Below are positions 57,837 through 64,000 of a stretch of DNA of 64,000 bases, in pieces (the stretch's first letter is position 1; every line of letters begins with the position of its first letter). The stretch lies in the IMG/VR virus record IMGVR_UViG_3300025132_008118; one strand, written 5' to 3'. The translations under genes were made by a program, and so were the position numbers. The stretch comes from a virus. The notes under the pieces are model-generated. The model ran no database searches, was not told the DNA's origin, and was given only the letters and a program-made list of their open reading frames with translations.

Positions 57837-58869
57837 AGTAGCTATATTTTCTGATATACATTTAGGTGTGCACCAGAATAGTGATTTTTGGCTTGGTGTT
57901 GCAAATAAATGGACTGATTGGTATATAAAAGAACTTAAAGATAAAAATATTACTGATATAATATTTTGTGGAGATTTCTTTCATTATAGAGATGAAATTT
58001 CAGTTAAGACTTTAAATTTTGCTAAGGATTTATTGGATAAATTTAAAGATTTTAAAATTACTATGATAACCGGTAATCACGATGCATGGTATAAAGATAC
58101 ATCAGAGATTAATAGTTTAAGTATTCTTAAAGGTTATAAAAACTTAACTGTGTATGATAAACTTGCTACTGTAGATTATAAAGGTAAATTGATATCGTTT
58201 TGTCCATGGGGTACGAAAATAGATGATATACCGAATAGTGATTTAATATTTGGCCATTTTGAGTTAGAAAATTTTAAAATGAATATGTTTAAAATCTGTG
58301 ACCATGGTGACGATCCAGATGTACTAGTAGAAAAATCTAAGTTAATATTCACAGGACATTTTCATGCAAGAGATGAAAAACATTATAAAAAACAAGATAG
58401 CTCTATTATCTATGTTGGTAATCCATATGAAATGGACTTCGGCGATACAATGCAAGCAAAAGGTTATTACATTTTAGATCTGGATAATATGTCATATGAA
58501 TTTTTTGAAAATAATACTACACCAAAGCATATTAAAATAATACTATCTAAACTAATCAATATAACTGATATTGAAAATGTTTTTAAAGATTCATTACCTG
58601 GTAATATCATAAAATTAATTATTGATAAAAATATCAGTACCGATCATTTGGATGCTTTAGTTACTAAATTAACTACATATAAACCAATTGAATTAAGGAT
58701 TGATTATGATGTAAACTATAATAAACTTAAGATTGAAAGTGATGAAGATTACGATTTATCAGGGGTTGATATTAAACATGCAATTGAAGAGTTCGTTAAT
58801 ATGTTAGATATAGAAAATAAAAAAGACGTGGTAAATTATTCTACATCTTTGTATGAAAGAGTTAGATGA
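57829..58869 (+). CDS. gp47-like (Mre11/SbcD) recombination nuclease subunit
   Basis: SDIHLG, GDFFH, GNHD, GHFE, TGHFH, YVGNPY. Confidence 0.92.
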   Translation: MNKVAIFSDIHLGVHQNSDFWLGVANKWTDWYIKELKDKNITDIIFCGDFFHYRDEISVKTLNFAKDLLDKFKDFKITMITGNHDAWYKDTSEINSLSILKGYKNLTVYDKLATVDYKGKLISFCPWGTKIDDIPNSDLIFGHFELENFKMNMFKICDHGDDPDVLVEKSKLIFTGHFHARDEKHYKKQDSSIIYVGNPYEMDFGDTMQAKGYYILDLDNMSYEFFENNTTPKHIKIILSKLINITDIENVFKDSLPGNIIKLIIDKNISTDHLDALVTKLTTYKPIELRIDYDVNYNKLKIESDEDYDLSGVDIKHAIEEFVNMLDIENKKDVVNYSTSLYERVR

Positions 58870-60671
58870 AATACGTAAGCTTTAAAGAGTTAAAAATTAA
58901 AAACTTCCTGTCTATAGGTGAGGAATTCGTAACTGTAAATTTTGAAAAAGGTTTGCATATTGTAACTGGTATCAATAGAGATAAAGAAGATAGGAGAAAC
59001 GGTGTCGGTAAAAGTACTATAGCTGATGGTTTATATTTTGCTATATTTGGTCAAACTTTAAGAGATATTAAAAAGAACTTTATAGCTAATAACTTAACTT
59101 CTGGTACTTGTGAAGTACAATTATCATTTACAGTAGACGACCCAAAGCATGGTGTAAACGAATTTGATATTATACGTACTTTGAATCCGAGTAAAGTTTA
59201 TATCTATAAAAATGGTAATGATAAAACTAGAGATAGTATTGCTAATACAAATGAGTATATAAATACGGTATTATCTTCTACACCAGAAATATTTCAAAAT
59301 TGTGTTATAATGACTCTTAATAATCACGTACCTTTCATGGGTAAGAGTAAGACAGAAAAACGTAAGTTTATTGAGCAAATATTTAATCTTGAAATATTTA
59401 GTAAAATGTTAGCAGAACTTCGTAATGAGCATAATGAAATTAAACGTAACTTTGACATTGAAATTACTCGATTAGAAGAAACTAATAATCATTTAAATAC
59501 TCAGCAGCAGCAAGTTGATAACTTTGAAGAAAATAAAAATCAAAGAATTAATAGAATTGAAGATCAGATAAGTGTAAAAAATACTGACCTTAAAAACTAT
59601 AAGGAGGAAAAAAATACAGTTGAATCATTAGATGAAACCCCTTATATCGATAAATCGGAAAAATTAAATGAAGAAATAGAAGATTTAAATAGTATTAAAA
59701 ATGTAAAGTATGAAAAAATTGTACAATTAAAAACTAATTTAACTACTAATAAAAATACATTAGCAAAAATTGGTACTGATGAAGCTACATGTCCGATGTG
59801 TTTAAGACCTTTAGAAGATCATGATAAAGATTTAATTGATGAAGAAAAAGGAAAAATTAATAATATATTAGATAAAATTTTACATGATATAAAAGATAAT
59901 AAAGAAGATTATGAAACCACAGTTAAAGAAATTAATAGTTATTCTGTGGCTAAAACAAAAATAGATAATAAACTTTTAAGTATAAAAAATCAAAAAGATA
60001 ATATTTCTTATCTTGAACGTAATATAACTGAAATAGAAAATATTATTACCCAATATCAAACTGATATAGATAATATTAAAAATGAAACTAATTCATTTGA
60101 TGAATTAATTAGTGACACAACAAATAAGATTAATGATATAAAACAAGAAATAGATTCTCTTAAAAAGGTTATAAATCTTATGGACGTGGTTAAGTTCGTT
60201 GTAAGTGAAGAAGGAGTAAAAAGTTTTATTGTAAAGAAAATATTATCTCATTTTAATGGTAAATTAACTCATTTCTTAAAAAAATTGGATAGTAATTGTG
60301 TATGCGTTTTTAATGAATATTTTGAAGAAGAAATCGTAAATGAAAAGGGTAAGATATGCCTTTATAATAACTTTTCAGGAGCTGAAAGAAAAGCTATTGA
60401 CTTGGCCTGCTTATTCTCTTTTATGGACATGAGAAAGTCACAAGGTGATGTTTATTATAATATTAGTTTTTATGATGAATTATTTGATAGTAGTTTAGAT
60501 GAAAAGGGAGTAGATTTAGTTCTAGAGATATTAAATGAGAGAGTTCAAAAATATAATGAGTGTGTTATGGTTATAAGTCATCGAAAGGAAAGTATTAAAT
60601 CTGCTAACGGAGACGTAATATTTTTAGAAAAACATAATGGCATCACTAGAAGAGTAAATTTTATTGATTAA
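58866..60671 (+). CDS. gp46-like (Rad50/SbcC) ATPase subunit
   Basis: KNFLSIG, NGVGKST, CPMC zinc hook, FSGAE, FYDELFD, ISH. Confidence 0.93.
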   Translation: MKYVSFKELKIKNFLSIGEEFVTVNFEKGLHIVTGINRDKEDRRNGVGKSTIADGLYFAIFGQTLRDIKKNFIANNLTSGTCEVQLSFTVDDPKHGVNEFDIIRTLNPSKVYIYKNGNDKTRDSIANTNEYINTVLSSTPEIFQNCVIMTLNNHVPFMGKSKTEKRKFIEQIFNLEIFSKMLAELRNEHNEIKRNFDIEITRLEETNNHLNTQQQQVDNFEENKNQRINRIEDQISVKNTDLKNYKEEKNTVESLDETPYIDKSEKLNEEIEDLNSIKNVKYEKIVQLKTNLTTNKNTLAKIGTDEATCPMCLRPLEDHDKDLIDEEKGKINNILDKILHDIKDNKEDYETTVKEINSYSVAKTKIDNKLLSIKNQKDNISYLERNITEIENIITQYQTDIDNIKNETNSFDELISDTTNKINDIKQEIDSLKKVINLMDVVKFVVSEEGVKSFIVKKILSHFNGKLTHFLKKLDSNCVCVFNEYFEEEIVNEKGKICLYNNFSGAERKAIDLACLFSFMDMRKSQGDVYYNISFYDELFDSSLDEKGVDLVLEILNERVQKYNECVMVISHRKESIKSANGDVIFLEKHNGITRRVNFID

Positions 60672-60679
60672 TTAATATT

Positions 60680-61903
60680 ATGCTAATACAAGGTAATCAA
60701 CCATTCCAAGCAAATGTCCCGTTTGCAGCAAAACCGTTTCAAAATAATATCATTAATCCGAAACCTCAAGTAGATGTAGTTAAAGCTCCGCATCAACCGG
60801 GAAATGATTTACCAAGATTTTTAAATTATTATGCAGATTATTCCGGGTGTGGTCACTGGAGAATGATATGGCCAGAACAAGTAATGAATGCTCATAATAA
60901 AGCTGTTGTACATGGTACGACAGTAATGAATGTTGATGAAAGATATTATATACAAACCAAGGGTATAAGAATACAAAGACAAGCAACACCGCAACAATTA
61001 GAATTTGTAAAATGGTTAAGACAGTTAGCTAATAAAAACAATATTAAATTAATATATGAAATTGACGATATATGTTTTCATGAAGATATACCTGATTATA
61101 ATAAATATAAAACTGCATTTACCGATCCAAATATTAGAAAATCAGCTCAAGAAATGATGACATTGTGTGACGAAATTACAGTTACGTGCCCGTTTATGAG
61201 AGATTATTATCGTGATAAAACAGGTAATAAAAATGTTACTGTTGTGCCTAATTTTATGCCAAAGTTTTGGTTGGATAGGTTTTATAATAACAATAGGACG
61301 ATGGAAAGTTATGATATAAATAAGAAGAAGCCAAGGATTTTATACGCAGGGTCTGGAGCTCATTTTGATATCGAAAATCGAGTTAAATTTAAAGATGATT
61401 TTTACCATGTTAATGAAGTTATTAGAAAGACAATTGATAAATATCAATGGGTATTTTTAGGAGCTCACCCATTACCGATAAGAGATTTAGTTCAATCCGG
61501 TAAGGTAGAATTTCACCCATGGAAAAGATTATATGAATATGGTCAAGGTTTGTATGATTTAAACGTTAATATGATTGTAGCTCCTTTACAAGATAATACA
61601 TTCAATAAAGCTAAATCTGATTTAAAATATATTGAAGCATGTGCATTAGGTTTACCGATTGCTTGTCAAGATCTTTGTACTTATGAAAATGCACCAATTA
61701 AATTTAAAACTGGTGATGAAATGATTGCTCAAATAGAGCACACTTTACAAGATAGGAAACGTTATAAAGCTCTTTGCAGAAAAGGTCGTCAATATGCCGA
61801 TACAAGATGGTTAGAGGATGATAAAAATATTGATTGTTATACTGAATTATATCAATACCATGTAGGTGATCCTAAGAGAGTAAACTTAAGTAGGTATAAT
61901 TAG
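60680..61903 (+). CDS. GT-B fold glycosyltransferase
   Basis: SGCGHWRM..P, YEIDD, CDEITVT, VVPN, YAGSGAH, APLQDNTFNKAKSDLKYIEACALG. Confidence 0.8.
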   Translation: MLIQGNQPFQANVPFAAKPFQNNIINPKPQVDVVKAPHQPGNDLPRFLNYYADYSGCGHWRMIWPEQVMNAHNKAVVHGTTVMNVDERYYIQTKGIRIQRQATPQQLEFVKWLRQLANKNNIKLIYEIDDICFHEDIPDYNKYKTAFTDPNIRKSAQEMMTLCDEITVTCPFMRDYYRDKTGNKNVTVVPNFMPKFWLDRFYNNNRTMESYDINKKKPRILYAGSGAHFDIENRVKFKDDFYHVNEVIRKTIDKYQWVFLGAHPLPIRDLVQSGKVEFHPWKRLYEYGQGLYDLNVNMIVAPLQDNTFNKAKSDLKYIEACALGLPIACQDLCTYENAPIKFKTGDEMIAQIEHTLQDRKRYKALCRKGRQYADTRWLEDDKNIDCYTELYQYHVGDPKRVNLSRYN

Positions 61904-61920
61904 GAACTGTGATATAATTA
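61902..61920 (+). promoter_or_regulatory. DNA polymerase promoter element AGGAACTGTGATATAATTA
   Basis: Extended -10 (TGA-TATAAT) with 6 nt to GTG; near-identical to the queE element. Confidence 0.6.
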
Positions 61921-61924
61921 TTGG

Positions 61925-64000
61925 GTGAGTTATCGTAATATATACTATGATCCCCGTGAAAGATGTATCAATTTATTTACCTGGGATACCGACGGTAAAA
62001 GAATTAAAGTAACAACGTCATATGACCCTTATCTGTATGTCGAGGGTAAAGGTGAATATGAATCTATATTTGGTACTAAACTGGTTAAAAAGAGTTTTAG
62101 AACCCAGTACGATAGATTTAAGTATATTAAAGATACTGGAATTAAAAGGGTATTTGAAAACCAACCAGCCGTGCAGCAATACTTAATTGATACGTTTTGG
62201 AAGGTTAATGAAACGTCTGACTTTAGTAAGAACCCAATTAAAGTAATGTTCTTAGATATCGAGACTTATTCACCAGATGAGTTTCCGAATCCTCAGGACC
62301 CGACTCATACCTGTAATGTTATTACTTGTTTTGATTCTCTAAATCGTCATTACCATACGTTTGGTTTAGGTGAATTTAATAATAAAGATACTGATGTAAC
62401 TTATGTTAAATGCTCTTCTGAAAGGGAGTTATTTATGAAGTTTATTGAGTATGTTGAAAAGGATTATCCTGATATTATGTCAGGTTGGAATAGTGAATTT
62501 TTTGATTTACCTTATATCTTAAATAGGTGTACCCGTATACTTGGTGAAGAATGGACTAATAGAATATCACCTTCTGGTAAGGTTTATAGTAGAACGATAC
62601 GTGGTCAGTTTGGTCAGGAACAACAGCGTTGGTATGTTGAAGGCATTTCATTGATTGACTATTTAGATGTATATAAACGTTTCTCAGTTGGTGTTAAAGA
62701 AAGTTATAAACTTGATGCAATTGGCGAGGCTGAGTTGGGTGAGAAGAAAGTAGATTTTGGTAATATGAATCTTGCAACTCTTGCCGATACTGATTGGCAA
62801 ACGTTTGTTGAATATAATATTCAAGACGTTAGACTGCTAACCAACTTAGAAGATAAACTGAAATATACGGAACTAATTAAAATGTTAGCTTATGTAGGTT
62901 TAACTACCTTTGAAGCTGCTATGGGATCCCTATCAGTAATTAATGGTGCAACTGCGGTCATATCAAGAAAGCGTGGTCAATGCGTACCATCGTTTATTAG
63001 GAATGAAGATACAGGTAAAAATCCTGGTGCATATGTTGGTGAACCTTTAAAAGGTTTTCAAGAAAATATTATATCGTTTGATGCTAACTCTCTATATCCG
63101 AACGTGATGATATCTTTAAATATGTCTCCAGAAACTAAAGTAGGTAAGATTGAAGATAAAAATAATAATGAAATAGTTATAAGGCATGCAAACGGTCAAG
63201 TCTTTACTTTAACTCATGAAAAGTTTTTAAAGTTCTGTAAAAAGGAAGAGATAGCTATTAGTAAAGCTAACGTATTATTTACTCAAAGGTTTAAAGGGGT
63301 AATGCCTGAAATTTTAGACTACTATTATGATAAGAGAGTTGCAGTTAAAACTAAACTCGGTAAACTAAAAAGAGAGTATAGTAAAAATAAGAATAAAGAA
63401 CTTAAATTTGAGATAGAACAATTAGATGCTAAGCAGTTATGTATCAAAGTTTTGATTAATTCTATTTACGGTTACTTTGGTAACAAGCATGCGCCTTTCG
63501 GTGATGATGATATTGCAGCTTCAATTACCTTAACTGGTCAAGCAGTTATTAAACAATCAAATGAATTACTAAAAAGATATATAAAGGAAAAAGCTAATAT
63601 ACAAGATGAAAAAACTCTTAATGATTGTATCATCTATAACGATACTGATAGTAGTTATATTTCAGTAAAACCTCTCGTTAAAGCAGGTTTAACTTTTACC
63701 GATGAAAATGGTAAGTTAACTCAAGCATTCCATGATGAAGTGCAAAATATTGAAGATTTCTTAAATGATGAAATTAAAGTATGGGGTGGTAAAAACTTAA
63801 ATTCTAAAGACTGTAGATTTATCTTTAAACGTGAGGTTATAGCTGATACCGGTATATTCTTACAGAAAAAACGTTACGTTATGCATATATTAGATGACGA
63901 AGGTATACCGATGGATAAGTATAAGTATACTGGGGTAGAAGTTGTAAGAAGTACAATGCCAGATGCAATTAAACCTCATGTAAAAGGTATAATTGAGACG
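61925..64000 (+). CDS. Family B DNA polymerase (T4 gp43-like), partial at window end
   Basis: Open frame from GTG 61925: MSYRNIYYD..., ExoI LDIET, GWNSEFFD, YNIQDV, motif A SFDANSLYP, motif B K...NSIYGYFG, motif C YNDTDS. Confidence 0.95.
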   Translation, partial: MSYRNIYYDPRERCINLFTWDTDGKRIKVTTSYDPYLYVEGKGEYESIFGTKLVKKSFRTQYDRFKYIKDTGIKRVFENQPAVQQYLIDTFWKVNETSDFSKNPIKVMFLDIETYSPDEFPNPQDPTHTCNVITCFDSLNRHYHTFGLGEFNNKDTDVTYVKCSSERELFMKFIEYVEKDYPDIMSGWNSEFFDLPYILNRCTRILGEEWTNRISPSGKVYSRTIRGQFGQEQQRWYVEGISLIDYLDVYKRFSVGVKESYKLDAIGEAELGEKKVDFGNMNLATLADTDWQTFVEYNIQDVRLLTNLEDKLKYTELIKMLAYVGLTTFEAAMGSLSVINGATAVISRKRGQCVPSFIRNEDTGKNPGAYVGEPLKGFQENIISFDANSLYPNVMISLNMSPETKVGKIEDKNNNEIVIRHANGQVFTLTHEKFLKFCKKEEIAISKANVLFTQRFKGVMPEILDYYYDKRVAVKTKLGKLKREYSKNKNKELKFEIEQLDAKQLCIKVLINSIYGYFGNKHAPFGDDDIAASITLTGQAVIKQSNELLKRYIKEKANIQDEKTLNDCIIYNDTDSSYISVKPLVKAGLTFTDENGKLTQAFHDEVQNIEDFLNDEIKVWGGKNLNSKDCRFIFKREVIADTGIFLQKKRYVMHILDDEGIPMDKYKYTGVEVVRSTMPDAIKPHVKGIIET

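Noticed and set aside
1302-60989. Short antisense or nested ORFs in the track (e.g. 1302, 3977, 7942, 8289, 20596, 23683, 25770, 25988, 28304, 36402, 36620, 39522, 47711, 47967, 48432, 49596, 54865, 60780)
   Set aside because: They lie within or opposite well-supported genes, have no motifs and no promoter-box context.
1-64000. Stop-codon reassignment (alternative genetic code), as in some large phages
   Set aside because: Recognisable genes are full length and tightly packed under the standard code, and TGA, TAA and TAG all serve as real stops.
1-64000. CRISPR array or tRNA genes
   Set aside because: Intergenic gaps are mostly under 120 nt; no regularly spaced repeats or cloverleaf/TTC-loop patterns were seen.
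61925-64000. Intein or intron in the DNA polymerase
   Set aside because: The frame is continuous and motifs A, B and C are normally spaced in the visible part.

Overview
AT-rich, very gene-dense 64 kb segment of a large T4-like (myovirus/jumbo-type) bacteriophage genome, standard genetic code. It carries T4 core genes: UvsY, UvsW, gp55 late sigma factor, gp47/gp46, a family B DNA polymerase (missed by the ORF track, GTG start at 61925, runs off the window), a probable gp62 clamp-loader subunit, a GroES/gp31-like chaperonin and PhoH. Accessory content includes two glycan biosynthesis islands, one merging into six radical SAM genes. It also has a curli secretion module (CsgF, CsgG, curlin-like protein) co-oriented with FecR and a CHASE2 adenylate cyclase, and dispersed 7-deazaguanine genes (FolE2, QueD, QueE). 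Other accessory genes are MetK, Fe/Mn SOD, an ATE/Bpt-like aminoacyl transferase and a ligase-like/HxGH nucleotidyltransferase fusion. Two sequence-level patterns recur across the window. First, promoter-like boxes sit at fixed distances from start codons (TAAATA-N5-start, TATAAT-N6-start), which suggests leaderless mRNAs. Second, many proteins, including the SOD and a protease, begin with T4 capsid-targeting-like N-termini. All assignments come from motif recognition by eye; no database searches were run.
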